A program made the translations under genes and the position numbers. From contig JAFXVA010000008.1 in assembly GCA_017534965.1 (NCBI GenBank), forward strand, positions 75,409-139,408: a stretch of DNA of 64,000 nt, written 5' to 3'. The notes below the pieces were generated by a model. The model did not search any database. It saw nothing but the letters and a program-made list of their open reading frames with translations, and was not told where the DNA came from. Source of the DNA: Elusimicrobiaceae bacterium. Its GTDB lineage: Bacteria > Elusimicrobiota > Elusimicrobia > Elusimicrobiales > Elusimicrobiaceae. Below are positions 9,651-18,632 of this stretch, piece by piece. Position 1 is the first letter of the stretch, and every line of letters starts with the position of its first letter.

Positions 9651-10637
9651 ATGAAAAAAACATATTTATTTTTGATTGTATTTTGTTTTGCTGCAAATGT
9701 TTTTGCGCAAAATAACACGCAACCCTCAGCCACAGCACAAATGCATAACGCTATGACACAATCTTTAGCCAATACCGAGTATTATGACGAAGCACACAAA
9801 AATGTTCCCAACGCGCACGGCGTTGCCACAAGAGAGAATTTAACAGGCGAAGCCGAACTTTTAAGGCAAGGTATCGGTGCGCCCTTTGTGGAAAATAAAG
9901 GCGGTAAATATTCCCAAGGAGCAAGTGCTGCAAATGTAAGAAATTATATAGCGCACTCAACGGCAGATCCAAATAATGAGATTATAATGGCCAGCCCTGT
10001 TAAAGTGCCTCCGGTAAGCGATCCTGTTGTCGTATCAGATGATGACGATATTGACGCAATGATGCTTAGCGCGCTTGGCGGAGATAGTGCAATTAAGGCC
10101 TCGCAAAATTCAAATTATCAGGATAACTATGAAATAGCCGTAGGACAAAAAGAAGAACAAAATTTTGATATGTCTGATAAAATTGCCGCTGCTACTCAAA
10201 AACAAGCCGCCGCAGATAGACAATATGCCGCCTTAAATGCCAATAATAAGGCAAGAACAGATGATGACGACGACGAACCCGGGTTTTGGGGTAAAATCGG
10301 CAAGACTTTTATGCAAGGTTTAGCCAATGTTGCCATAGAAACAACAAATTATAAATACGGCACAAATATTGAAACTATCGGCAATAAGAATACTTCAAGT
10401 TCTTCGGGTGGTAGTGCTAATCAGTCTTGTACTTATGAAGGACAGCGTTTTTACGGGCAAACTTGCCAATATTGTATTAATAACAAGCCAAGAAGCTCTT
10501 CTGCCTGCAGCCAATGCTGCAATTCTTTGGGCCGCTCAATATACAGAGCAACTTACCCGCATAGATGGGGCGGCGACGGCCGCAATTATTGTTTCTGTAT
10601 GTTTAATTCCAGCGGAACAAAAGGCTATCTTTTCTAA
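9651..10637 (+). CDS. hypothetical secreted protein with poly-Asp tracts and a Cys-rich C-terminus
   Basis: Signal peptide (FCFAANVFAQ). ATG lies 1 nt after the upstream stop. DDDDID and DDDDDE tracts. 8 Cys in the last ~70 aa. Confidence 0.6.
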   Translation: MKKTYLFLIVFCFAANVFAQNNTQPSATAQMHNAMTQSLANTEYYDEAHKNVPNAHGVATRENLTGEAELLRQGIGAPFVENKGGKYSQGASAANVRNYIAHSTADPNNEIIMASPVKVPPVSDPVVVSDDDDIDAMMLSALGGDSAIKASQNSNYQDNYEIAVGQKEEQNFDMSDKIAAATQKQAAADRQYAALNANNKARTDDDDDEPGFWGKIGKTFMQGLANVAIETTNYKYGTNIETIGNKNTSSSSGGSANQSCTYEGQRFYGQTCQYCINNKPRSSSACSQCCNSLGRSIYRATYPHRWGGDGRNYCFCMFNSSGTKGYLF

Positions 10638-10660
10638 AAAGTTTAATATTCACATGAAAA

Positions 10661-10698
10661 AGAACCGCGAGTTATTAAATAACTTGCGGCTCTTTTTT
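10661..10698 (+). terminator. rho-independent terminator
   Basis: AGAACCGCGAGTT / AACTTGCGGCTCT hairpin followed by TTTTTT. Confidence 0.7.
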
Positions 10699-10708
10699 AT
10701 AAATAAAA

Positions 10709-10786
<78 letters not shown>

Positions 10787-10804
10787 ATAAATCTTGGTCC
10801 TTAT

Positions 10805-10834
10805 ATTCTAACATTTTATAGATACCTTTGGCAA
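10805..10834 (-). promoter_or_regulatory. sigma70-type promoter for tRNA-His (TTGCCA-18 nt-TAGAAT, with TG)
   Basis: On the minus strand: TTGCCA (10834-10829), 18-nt spacer, TGtTAGAAT (-10 at 10810-10805). This lies ~19 nt upstream of the tRNA 5' end. Confidence 0.5.
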
Positions 10835-10860
10835 ATAAATTTTTACCGCATTTTTTATTT

Positions 10861-10869
10861 TGGTATAAT
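10861..10869 (+). promoter_or_regulatory. extended -10 element (TGGTATAAT) upstream of pfp
   Basis: TGnTATAAT match 33 nt upstream of the ATG at 10902. Confidence 0.45.
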
Positions 10870-10901
10870 TTAAGTAAATAATATTTACGAGGAGAGTTCT
10901 T

Positions 10902-12581
10902 ATGGCTTTTAAAATTGAACAATGTTCTGTTTTACAAAAACATAGACTTAGTTATAAACCTGTTTTACCTAAAGTTTTACAAAAAGGTCCGGCTGGTGTT
11001 GTTGCCGTATATGGCAAAGCAACAAAAAGCGTGGCTGACCAAGCTGCTGTTAAAAAAATGTTCCCTAACACTTATGGGATGCCGCAAATTTCTTTTAAGG
11101 CCGGAACAAATAAAAATATTACCAAAAAAGCAGTGCGTGTAGCCGTTGTTTTATCCGGCGGACAAGCACCCGGCGGGCATAATGTTATTGCCGGTATTTT
11201 AGATGGCCTTAAAAAAGCAAACAGTAAAAATAAACTCTTTGGTTTTATTGGCGGGCCTAGCGGTATTTTGGAAAATAAATTTATTGAAATTACACCAAAA
11301 CTTATGGCTGATTACAGAAACACCGGCGGTTTTGATATGATTCAATCCGGCCGCACAAAAATTGAAACTGCCCAGCAACTTGCTACAGCAAAAGAAAATA
11401 TTTTGAAAAATAAAATTGACGCTTTAGTTATTATCGGTGGTGATGATTCTAACACCAATGCCGGTATTATTGCCGAATATTTTAAACAACAAAAAATTGA
11501 TACGAGCGTTATCGGCGTGCCTAAGACTATTGACGGCGATTTGAAAAATGAACATATTGAAACTTCCTTTGGTTTTGATACCGCAACAAAAATCTATTCC
11601 GAAATGGTGGGCAATATTTGCCGCGATGTAAACTCCGCAAGAAAATATTGGCACTTTATCCGCTTGATGGGTAGAAGCGCTTCCCACATTGCTTTGGAAG
11701 TTGCTTTTAAAACTCACCCCAATATCGTTTTAATCGGTGAAGAAGTTTTAGCAAAGAAAATGACTCTTGCCCAAATTGTTGATAATCTTGCTAAAGTGGT
11801 TGTGGCTAGAGCAAAAGATGAAAAGAACTTCGGGGTTGTTTTAGTGCCGGAAGGTTTAATTGAATTTATACCTGAAATGAAGGCCCTTATTGCTGCTTTA
11901 AATGATTTACTTGCTCAAAATGAAAAACAAATCAATGCTTGCAAATCTTTTGAAGAAAAAAAGAAATTTATTATTTCAAAATTACCGGCAAATTTAGCAA
12001 AACTTATGGCTTCCTTGCCAAGCAATATTGCAGCGCAACTTATGCTTGAAAGGGACCCACACGGAAATGTGCAAGTTTCTTTAATTGAGACGGAAAAATT
12101 GCTTGTTGAAATGTTAAAAACTAAACTTGCCGAACTTAAAAAGCAAGGCAAATATAATGGTAAATTTTCCGCCATTATGCACTTCTTTGGTTATGAGGGG
12201 AGATGCGGCGTTCCATCCGCCTTTGATGCAAATTATACTTATGCCTTGGGATATAATGCAAGCGTGCTTGCTTTAAATAAATGTAGTGGTTATTTATCTT
12301 CCGTTAAAAATCTTGTTAAAAAACCGCAAGATTGGCAATGTGGCGGTATTCCTTTGACTATGATGATGAATATGGAAAGAAGAAACGGAAAAGAAAAACC
12401 CGTTATCAAAAAAGCCCTTGTTGAACTTAAAGGCCAGCCGTTTAAAGTTCTTTGCGCCCACAGAGAAGTTTGGGCCAAGACGGAAAGTTATGTTTTCCCT
12501 GGACCTATCCAATATTACGGACCGGCAGAAATTACGGATATTACAACCTATACCCTTAGGTTTGAACATCTAAAAAAATAG
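10902..12581 (+). CDS. pfp: diphosphate--fructose-6-phosphate 1-phosphotransferase (PPi-dependent phosphofructokinase, long type)
   Basis: 559 aa with GGDDSNT (Asp typical of PPi-PFK rather than GGDGS), PKTIDGD and MGR motifs. Confidence 0.9.
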   Translation: MAFKIEQCSVLQKHRLSYKPVLPKVLQKGPAGVVAVYGKATKSVADQAAVKKMFPNTYGMPQISFKAGTNKNITKKAVRVAVVLSGGQAPGGHNVIAGILDGLKKANSKNKLFGFIGGPSGILENKFIEITPKLMADYRNTGGFDMIQSGRTKIETAQQLATAKENILKNKIDALVIIGGDDSNTNAGIIAEYFKQQKIDTSVIGVPKTIDGDLKNEHIETSFGFDTATKIYSEMVGNICRDVNSARKYWHFIRLMGRSASHIALEVAFKTHPNIVLIGEEVLAKKMTLAQIVDNLAKVVVARAKDEKNFGVVLVPEGLIEFIPEMKALIAALNDLLAQNEKQINACKSFEEKKKFIISKLPANLAKLMASLPSNIAAQLMLERDPHGNVQVSLIETEKLLVEMLKTKLAELKKQGKYNGKFSAIMHFFGYEGRCGVPSAFDANYTYALGYNASVLALNKCSGYLSSVKNLVKKPQDWQCGGIPLTMMMNMERRNGKEKPVIKKALVELKGQPFKVLCAHREVWAKTESYVFPGPIQYYGPAEITDITTYTLRFEHLKK

Positions 12582-12600
12582 TACTTAATTATTTGAAAAA

Positions 12601-12635
12601 GAAAACCCTGAGTAAAAAACACTCGGGGTTTTTTG
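12601..12635 (+). terminator. rho-independent terminator of pfp
   Basis: AACCCTGAGT / ACTCGGGGTT hairpin followed by TTTT. Confidence 0.75.
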
Positions 12636-12642
12636 TTATAAT
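12634..12642 (+). promoter_or_regulatory. extended -10 element (TGTTATAAT), candidate promoter of leader RNA copy A
   Basis: TGnTATAAT directly after the pfp terminator. Confidence 0.4.
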
Positions 12643-12648
12643 AGAAAC

Positions 12649-12875
12649 ATAAGCAAATTTTGCTTATAAAAATTTAATCTGTTTTTGGGCCGTAATACGG
12701 ACTTGGTTTTTATTAAAAACCTCGCGCTAAACCAAAAACAGCCAGTTTAGGCGTATTATTTTTTCAGCCGATCCCTGAAAGATAATATGCCGAATATCTG
12801 TTATCTTTTGATAACAGATTACGGCTGTTATTGGTAGAGAAGTTTAGCGCGACTCGCCATTAGTAGCCGTTTTTT
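12649..12875 (+). promoter_or_regulatory. candidate cis-regulatory leader RNA (riboswitch-like attenuator), copy A
   Basis: No ORF. Nested stems P1 12722-12732/12842-12852 and P2 12737-12743/12823-12829, with internal hairpins. Competing terminator 12821-12834/12857-12870 plus T5. Homologous architecture at 29245-29545. Confidence 0.6.
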
Positions 12876-12911
12876 ATGCTCCCGAAACAGAATAATTAAC
12901 GGAGTATAAAA

Positions 12912-13463
12912 ATGAAAAAGAATAAAGGTTTCACTTTGATTGAAGTTCTTGTAGTTGTTTTAATAATCGGTATTTTAGCAGCAATTGCTGTGCCAAAATA
13001 TCAATATGCCGTTTTAAAAACTAAATATCATACCATAATGGATATGGCAAAAGCAGTAAAAGAATTTCAGGAAGTTTATTATATGGCAAACGGAAAATAT
13101 GCCGAGCATTTCAGCGAACTTGATTTTTCCTTACCCAGCGGAGGAGAGATAGGTCATTTTGTCGGTGCAAATAACGGAACTGCCGCTGTTAATAATTTAG
13201 CCCAATATGAAGCTATGTTTTTTGATGGCGGAAATAAGGTTATTGTCCTTTTTCCTAATCAAGTAATTGGTTTAGTATTAAAAGATGGTAATAGGTTTAT
13301 GGACTATAATTTAAGATTAAACAATATAAATATGTGGAACGGTGCAAGGGCTTTATGTGCCGCTTGGGGAACAAGCCAAGGTGAAAAACTCTGCAGGGAT
13401 TTGTCGCAAAAGCCGGAAACTTGCGGTGTAGGCGGAAGCAGATATACTTGTAGGTTGTTTTAA
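12912..13463 (+). CDS. pilin-like protein with prepilin-type N-terminal cleavage/methylation signal
   Basis: MKKNKGFTLIEVLVVVLIIGILAAIAVPKYQ. C-terminal Cys pairs. Confidence 0.85.
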   Translation: MKKNKGFTLIEVLVVVLIIGILAAIAVPKYQYAVLKTKYHTIMDMAKAVKEFQEVYYMANGKYAEHFSELDFSLPSGGEIGHFVGANNGTAAVNNLAQYEAMFFDGGNKVIVLFPNQVIGLVLKDGNRFMDYNLRLNNINMWNGARALCAAWGTSQGEKLCRDLSQKPETCGVGGSRYTCRLF

Positions 13464-13467
13464 TATT

Positions 13468-13497
13468 AAAAGCCCTCAAACAATTGAGGGCTTTTTT
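13468..13497 (+). terminator. rho-independent terminator
   Basis: AAAAGCCCTCAA / TTGAGGGCTTTT hairpin followed by a T-run. Confidence 0.8.
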
Positions 13498-13646
13498 ATT
13501 TTTTAATTTGACTAAGCAAAGCACATTAAGGCATAGTATTTTTGAGGAAATTTTAACTTTTCTTTTTTGTTTCAAATAAAGTTAAAGCAGAAGAAATTAT
13601 TTTAGCACAGGATTTTGGAGATAGTTTTAATTAGTTTTTTCTTCAG

Positions 13647-13715
13647 AAAAAACGATTTTAGAAATGAGGTATACCTAGAGCGGGTGGCAACCCCGCGTAT
13701 CCGAAATTTCTAAAA
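13647..13715 (-). terminator. candidate terminator of the hrcA-grpE-dnaK-dnaJ operon
   Basis: On the minus strand a 10-bp stem (13706-13715 / 13656-13665) encloses a GC hairpin (13680-13684/13692-13696). It is followed by TTTTTT (13652-13647), 26 nt after the dnaJ stop. Confidence 0.45.
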
Positions 13716-13741
13716 AATTAAAAATAGCCCAAAAGCCGTCG

Positions 13742-14851
13742 CTAAAATATTTTCTCAAAGAAGGAAGGTTCTTCTTCAAGAGTTTTGGCAAACTCTTCCA
13801 AAGCAGCCTTCTGCTTCTTGCTTAATTTCTTTGGAACATTGATATTTAAAATTACTTTTAAATTACCTTTTTTGCCTTCTTTACCGAGGATAGGCATACC
13901 CTGTTTTTCCAAGACAACTTGACTGCCGTGAACGGAACCGGCCGGAATAACTAAGTTAACTTCTTCCTGCTTTAAGTTTTTAACTTTTATTCTATCGCCA
14001 AAAACGGCTTGCGGGAAAGAAATTGTTTTTTCAATAATTAAATCATCGCCGTCTCTTTGAAATTCTTTATTTCTTTTTACGGCAATTTCTACATATAAAT
14101 CGCCATAACCGCCGTCGTTGGTGCCGATATCTCCGCCATTATTTACGCGGAGCAAAACGCCGTCTTTAACACCTTTCGGTATTTTTAAAGTTATTGTGTT
14201 TGTATGTTTTTGACGACCGCTACCATGGCAAGCTTTACAAGGTTTTTCCAAAATAGAACCTTGACCGCCGCAATCAGGGCAAGCTTGGCGCATAGAAAAA
14301 AATCCTTGGCTAAACTGCACTACACCGGAACCTTTACAAGTGGGACAAGTTTTGCGGCCGCTACCTTCCTGTGCGCCACTTCCGTGGCAAGTATCACAAG
14401 TATCAATTCTTTCATAAGAAATATCTTGTTCTACTCCGTCATAGGCCTGCTCTAAAGAAACGGAAACTTGCTCTTTTATATCATTACCCCTTTGTGCGCG
14501 GTGGCGTCTTCTTGCGCCACCGCCGAAACTCCCCCCGAATAAATCGCCGAAAACGGAACTAAAAACATCTTCAAAGCCACCAAAACCGCCTGCGTGGAAA
14601 CCGCCACCGCCCATATTAACACCTTCTGCACCATAAGTATCATACATCTGTCTTTTTTGGGGGTCGCTTAAAACTTCGTAGGCCTCGTTTATTTGTTTAA
14701 ATTTTTCTTCCGCTTCTTGATTACCGGGGTTTCTATCTGGGTGATACTTCATTGCAAGTTTGCGGTAAGCACTTTTAAGTTCGCTTTCTGTTGCTGTTCT
14801 TTGAACGCCAAGGGTATTATAATAATCTTCTTTCTTTGCCATTTTTGCCAC
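13742..14851 (-). CDS. dnaJ: molecular chaperone DnaJ
   Basis: J-domain with HPD (KYHPDRNPG), a G/F-rich linker and four CxxCxGxG zinc-finger repeats. Confidence 0.96.
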   Translation of the reverse strand: MAKMAKKEDYYNTLGVQRTATESELKSAYRKLAMKYHPDRNPGNQEAEEKFKQINEAYEVLSDPQKRQMYDTYGAEGVNMGGGGFHAGGFGGFEDVFSSVFGDLFGGSFGGGARRRHRAQRGNDIKEQVSVSLEQAYDGVEQDISYERIDTCDTCHGSGAQEGSGRKTCPTCKGSGVVQFSQGFFSMRQACPDCGGQGSILEKPCKACHGSGRQKHTNTITLKIPKGVKDGVLLRVNNGGDIGTNDGGYGDLYVEIAVKRNKEFQRDGDDLIIEKTISFPQAVFGDRIKVKNLKQEEVNLVIPAGSVHGSQVVLEKQGMPILGKEGKKGNLKVILNINVPKKLSKKQKAALEEFAKTLEEEPSFFEKIF

Positions 14852-14864
14852 TCTTTTAAAAACT

Positions 14865-14897
14865 AAGTGCCGCAGTCTTTTAAAAACCGCGGCACTT
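14865..14897 (-). terminator. intercistronic hairpin between dnaK and dnaJ (possible partial terminator or processing site)
   Basis: AAGTGCCGC / GCGGCACTT 9-bp stem. On the minus strand it is followed by AGTTTTT. Confidence 0.35.
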
Positions 14898-14911
14898 TGC
14901 TAAACTATCTT

Positions 14912-16777
14912 TTATTTATTGTCAACGACTTCTGCTTCAACTACATCATCTTTTTTAGGTGCTTCTTGCTGAGCGCCAGCTTGTGCATTTGTTTGTGCAC
15001 CGGCTTGGGCAGCTTGAGCTTTGGCTTGAGATTCTTTATAAATAATCTCACCTAATTTTTGACTTGCCATTAAAGCATTGTCTTTGGCTGTTTTGATTCT
15101 TTGTGTATCCTCAGATTTAATTGCTTCTTTAAGTTCGCTTAAAGCTTGGTCAATTTTAAGTCTTTCATCTTGAGGGACTTTATCGCCATGTTCTCTAAGG
15201 GCTTTTTCTGTTTGATACAAGACGGAATCTGCTTCGTTTTTGGCTTCAATTCTTTCTTTGGTCTTTTTATCTTCTTCGGCGAATTGTTCGGCCTGTTTAA
15301 CGAAGTTATTGACTTCGGCTTCGCTAAGTTTGTTAGGTGCACTGATTGTGATATGTTGTTCTTTTTGTGTACCTAAATCTTTAGCGGAAACTTTTAAAAT
15401 GCCGTTTGCATCAATATCAAAGGTAACTTCAATTTGAGGAACTCCACGCGGTGCAGGCGGAATACCATCAAGGTCAAATTTGCCGAGTGGGACATTGTCT
15501 TTTGCCATAGGTCTTTCGCCCTGTAAAACATTAACGGTAACAGCCGGTTGATTATCTGCTGCGGTGGAGAAAACTTGAGTTTTCTTTGTCGGGATAGTTG
15601 TGTTTCTTTCAATAAGTTTTGTAAACACACCGCCCAAAGTTTCAAGACCGAGTGATAACGGAGTAACGTCAAGTAAAAGAATATCTTTAACATCACCTGT
15701 TAAAACACCTGCCTGAATTGCAGCACCATCTGCCACGCATTCCATCGGGTCAACACCGCGTTCAATTTTCTTGCCGACATGTTTTTCAACATATTCTTGA
15801 ACGATAGGCATACGGGTAGGACCGCCGACCATAATGATTTTATCAATATTATTCATTGATAAACCGCTATCACTAACTGCTCTATCAATAGAGGCACCGC
15901 ATCTTTCAACGGTCGGGCGGACAAGACTTTCAAGTTTTGCTCTTGATAAAGTCATTTGTAAATGTTTAGGGCCGTTTTGGTCTGCTGTGATAAACGGCAA
16001 ATTGATTTCTGTTTCCATAGTTGTGGAAAGTTCAATTTTTGCTTTTTCGGCGCCGTCTTTAAGACGCATCATTGCCTGTTTATCTTTTGATAAATCAATG
16101 CCGTTTTCTTTTCTAAATTCGCTAACGACCCAATCAATAATGGCATTATCCATATCGGTTCCGCCGAGTTTAGTATCACCGGAAGTTGCAAGAACGCTGA
16201 AAGTGCCTTCTGCACCCATTTCCATAATGGTAACATCCAAAGTGCCGCCACCAAGGTCAAAGACCAAAATTTTTTGTTCTTTGCCGAGTTTATCAATACC
16301 GAAAGCAAGGGCGGCTGCAGTAGGTTCGTTAACTAAGCGGACAACTTCAAGACCGGCAATTTTACCTGCGTCTTTTGTTGCTTGGCGTTGGTTATCGTTA
16401 AAGTAAGCAGGAACAGTGATAACTGCTTTTTCTACGGTTGTGCCAAGGAAAGCTTCGGCATCTTTTTTAACTTTCTGTAAAACGAAAGCGGAAAGTTGTT
16501 GAGGTGTAAATTCATTACCGCGTAAGTTAAATTTAAAGTTTTCACCCATTCTGCGTTTAAAAGCAGTGGCTGTGCCTTCCGGATTTAAAACGGCTTGTTT
16601 TCTTGCCGGTTCACCGACGAGTCTTTGGCCGTCTTTTGTAAAAGCGACATAAGACGGGAAGGCTTTACCGCCGATTGAATTACCTTCTGCTGAAGGGATA
16701 ATGGTTGGTTTGCCACCTTCCATAACTGCTGCTGCAGTGTTAGATGTTCCTAAATCAATACCAATAATTTTAGACAT
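14912..16777 (-). CDS. dnaK: molecular chaperone DnaK (Hsp70)
   Basis: 621 aa with [19 protein letters not shown] and other Hsp70 signatures. Confidence 0.98.
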   Translation of the reverse strand: MSKIIGIDLGTSNTAAAVMEGGKPTIIPSAEGNSIGGKAFPSYVAFTKDGQRLVGEPARKQAVLNPEGTATAFKRRMGENFKFNLRGNEFTPQQLSAFVLQKVKKDAEAFLGTTVEKAVITVPAYFNDNQRQATKDAGKIAGLEVVRLVNEPTAAALAFGIDKLGKEQKILVFDLGGGTLDVTIMEMGAEGTFSVLATSGDTKLGGTDMDNAIIDWVVSEFRKENGIDLSKDKQAMMRLKDGAEKAKIELSTTMETEINLPFITADQNGPKHLQMTLSRAKLESLVRPTVERCGASIDRAVSDSGLSMNNIDKIIMVGGPTRMPIVQEYVEKHVGKKIERGVDPMECVADGAAIQAGVLTGDVKDILLLDVTPLSLGLETLGGVFTKLIERNTTIPTKKTQVFSTAADNQPAVTVNVLQGERPMAKDNVPLGKFDLDGIPPAPRGVPQIEVTFDIDANGILKVSAKDLGTQKEQHITISAPNKLSEAEVNNFVKQAEQFAEEDKKTKERIEAKNEADSVLYQTEKALREHGDKVPQDERLKIDQALSELKEAIKSEDTQRIKTAKDNALMASQKLGEIIYKESQAKAQAAQAGAQTNAQAGAQQEAPKKDDVVEAEVVDNK

Positions 16778-16779
16778 AA

Positions 16780-17376
16780 TTATTTCTCCTTGTGTTTATT
16801 TTCTTTTATATCTTGTTTTACTGCTTTTGGGTCTTCTTCCGGTGCTTTACCGACAACGACTTGCGCCGGACGGATAACCCTATCACCCATTTTTACCCCG
16901 CTTGAAATTTCTTCAAGAACAAGGCCATCATCTTTAGGCGCGCAAGGGATGGTTGTTACAACTTCTTGGGTCATAGCGTCATAAGGTTTGCCTTTGGCAC
17001 TAATAATTTGGACCCCTTGGGCTTTAAAGACTTTTGCAAATTCCTCAAATATCATTTTGAGGCCTTGCTTGATATGTTCTATATCCGCGTTTTTATTTTC
17101 CGCCTGTTTTTGTGCTTTTAACAAAACATCATATAAGGAAAGGAAACTAAGTATAACTTCTGTTTTGCCAAAGTTAATAAGTTCGGGTTTTTCTTTTTCA
17201 ACGCGTTTTCTATAATTTTCAAAATCTGCCTGCAGACGCACAAGTTGCCCGAAATATAAAGCGGCTTTATCTTGTTCTTCTGAAGTCTGATTTTGCTCCT
17301 GCTCGCAAGATTCTTCTTGCTCAAGGTCTTGTTCTTCTTGTGTAAATTGCTCCTCTTTTTTATTATGTTTACTCAT
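16780..17376 (-). CDS. grpE: nucleotide exchange factor GrpE
   Basis: 198 aa with an acidic N-terminus, [13 protein letters not shown] and a C-terminal beta domain. Located between hrcA and dnaK. Confidence 0.9.
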   Translation of the reverse strand: MSKHNKKEEQFTQEEQDLEQEESCEQEQNQTSEEQDKAALYFGQLVRLQADFENYRKRVEKEKPELINFGKTEVILSFLSLYDVLLKAQKQAENKNADIEHIKQGLKMIFEEFAKVFKAQGVQIISAKGKPYDAMTQEVVTTIPCAPKDDGLVLEEISSGVKMGDRVIRPAQVVVGKAPEEDPKAVKQDIKENKHKEK

Positions 17377-17378
17377 AG

Positions 17379-18473
17379 TTATTCCTTATGGTCTTCAAGA
17401 GATGCCTGCCAATTTTTTATTGTCATACCGAGCATTTCACCAACGAAATTAACCAGCGACATCATCCTTGTATATTCCATGTGCTTTGGACCTACTATAC
17501 CAAGCAGGCCGATTGTTCTATCCCCCACACTATAAGAAGAGGTTATAATACTAAGGTTTTTAAGTTCGCTCAATTCATTTTCAGAGCCGATACTTACACT
17601 AACCTTTTTGCCTTTATTATTTTTTAGTTCCTGCATTTTTTCGCCAAGCAGGCCGGCAAATTTATCGCGTTCTTCTATAACGCGCATCATTTTGCTTAAC
17701 TCATTATATTCATCTGATGAGACATTATCTAAAAGGGAACTCATGCCCTCTATATATAGTTGTTCGCTGTAATTTTGAGCGTTTATCATATCTTTTAAGA
17801 TTTTGCACGCAAGTTCGCAGAACCCGTCTTCATCAGTATTGCCGTGGCGCAGGTTTTCCCATAAAACACGCTGCGCATTACGCAAGGTTAAGCCAGATAT
17901 TTGTTCATTTATATAGGCGTTTAACATTAAAAGTTTAGTCGGGATTACTATTCTGTTTACCCTAACAGGCCAATGTTTAACAACGCCTTCACTAGTCACA
18001 AGAACTGCTAAGATATTGCAAGGACCAAGTGGCAAGAAATCAAGTCTTTGCACAACACTATCCTGCACATTACTGGTAAAAACAAAGCCCGCGCTATGCG
18101 TCATCGCTGATAGCATGCGGCAAGTGTGCACGAGAACACGATTAATCTCTTCATTATTTTGAGCGTATTCTTGTTCTATTCTTTGACGCTCTTTTAAGGC
18201 AATTTGTTGTATTTTAGATAAATAATCTACATAATACCTATAGGCCTTATCTGTGGGGATTCTGCCCCCTGAAGAGTGAACTTGGTGAAGGTAACCTTCT
18301 TCTTCAAGTTTCTTCATTGTGTTTCTAATCGTTGCACTGGATACGCCAGGCAGCCCCTTTTGGGCCACTAATTCTGAGCCCACCGGCTTACGGGTTTGCA
18401 CATATTCTTGTATAATCATACGAAGAATTTTTTCTTCCCTTTCTTTTGCTATTTCCGGTTTTAATATTCTCAT
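17379..18473 (-). CDS. hrcA: heat-inducible transcription repressor HrcA
   Basis: 364 aa with an N-terminal wHTH (VGSELVAQK...ATIRNTMKKLEEEGYL). First gene of the dnaK operon, with CIRCE upstream. Confidence 0.92.
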   Translation of the reverse strand: MRILKPEIAKEREEKILRMIIQEYVQTRKPVGSELVAQKGLPGVSSATIRNTMKKLEEEGYLHQVHSSGGRIPTDKAYRYYVDYLSKIQQIALKERQRIEQEYAQNNEEINRVLVHTCRMLSAMTHSAGFVFTSNVQDSVVQRLDFLPLGPCNILAVLVTSEGVVKHWPVRVNRIVIPTKLLMLNAYINEQISGLTLRNAQRVLWENLRHGNTDEDGFCELACKILKDMINAQNYSEQLYIEGMSSLLDNVSSDEYNELSKMMRVIEERDKFAGLLGEKMQELKNNKGKKVSVSIGSENELSELKNLSIITSSYSVGDRTIGLLGIVGPKHMEYTRMMSLVNFVGEMLGMTIKNWQASLEDHKE

Positions 18474-18502
18474 ATTTTACCCAGCGTTCCTTTTTTTGTT
18501 TT

Positions 18503-18529
18503 TTAGCAGTCTTTTAAACTGACTGCTAA
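18503..18529. promoter_or_regulatory. CIRCE-type HrcA operator (TTAGCAGTC-N9-GACTGCTAA)
   Basis: Perfect 9-bp inverted repeat with a 9-nt spacer, between the -10 and the hrcA start. It differs from the canonical TTAGCACTC-N9-GAGTGCTAA by a symmetric swap of positions 7/8 in each arm (CT to GT, AG to AC). Confidence 0.8.
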
Positions 18530-18530
18530 T

Positions 18531-18559
18531 ATTGTAGAACATTTTTTCAAAATTGTCAA
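18531..18559 (-). promoter_or_regulatory. sigma70 consensus-like promoter of the hrcA operon (TTGACA-17 nt-TACAAT)
   Basis: Minus strand: TTGACA (18559-18554), 17-nt spacer, TACAAT (18536-18531). Confidence 0.75.
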
Positions 18560-18579
18560 TCCTTAGTTAAGAGTGCTAA
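18553..18579. promoter_or_regulatory. second, degenerate CIRCE-like element overlapping the -35
   Basis: Canonical right arm GAGTGCTAA (18571-18579). The left arm TTGTCAATC matches 6 of 9 positions of TTAGCACTC, with a 9-nt spacer. Confidence 0.4.
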
Positions 18580-18632
18580 AAATAAATTTTAAAAAATTAG
18601 AGGTAAACGCTTTTTTTTGATAGAATAAAATT

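Noticed and set aside
12649-12875. Assignment of the two leader RNAs to a known riboswitch class. c-di-GMP-I/II seemed attractive given the pilin and envelope context; TPP, cobalamin, glycine, ZTP, guanidine, fluoride and T-box were also considered.
   Set aside because: None of the signature sequences I remember for these classes is present. The conserved elements here (CCAAAAACAGC, GCYGATCCC, ACGGCTGTT) do not correspond to them. The class is left unassigned pending an Rfam scan.
13656-13715. 60-nt nested hairpin between the pilin-like gene and dnaJ, considered as a small ncRNA.
   Set aside because: On the minus strand it lies 26 nt after the dnaJ stop and is followed by T6, so the simplest reading is the operon terminator. 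I have no second copy or conservation evidence.
15834-16406. Long ORFs antisense to highly conserved genes: 15834-16406 opposite dnaK, 50708-51208 opposite gyrA, 54219-54662 opposite gyrB, 22764-23222 opposite serS/TPR, 3803-4174 opposite ptsI, 35079-35437 opposite obg.
   Set aside because: Each lies fully inside a gene with unambiguous conserved motifs on the other strand. Their translations are low-complexity and lack recognisable motifs or RBS. These are typical shadow ORFs.
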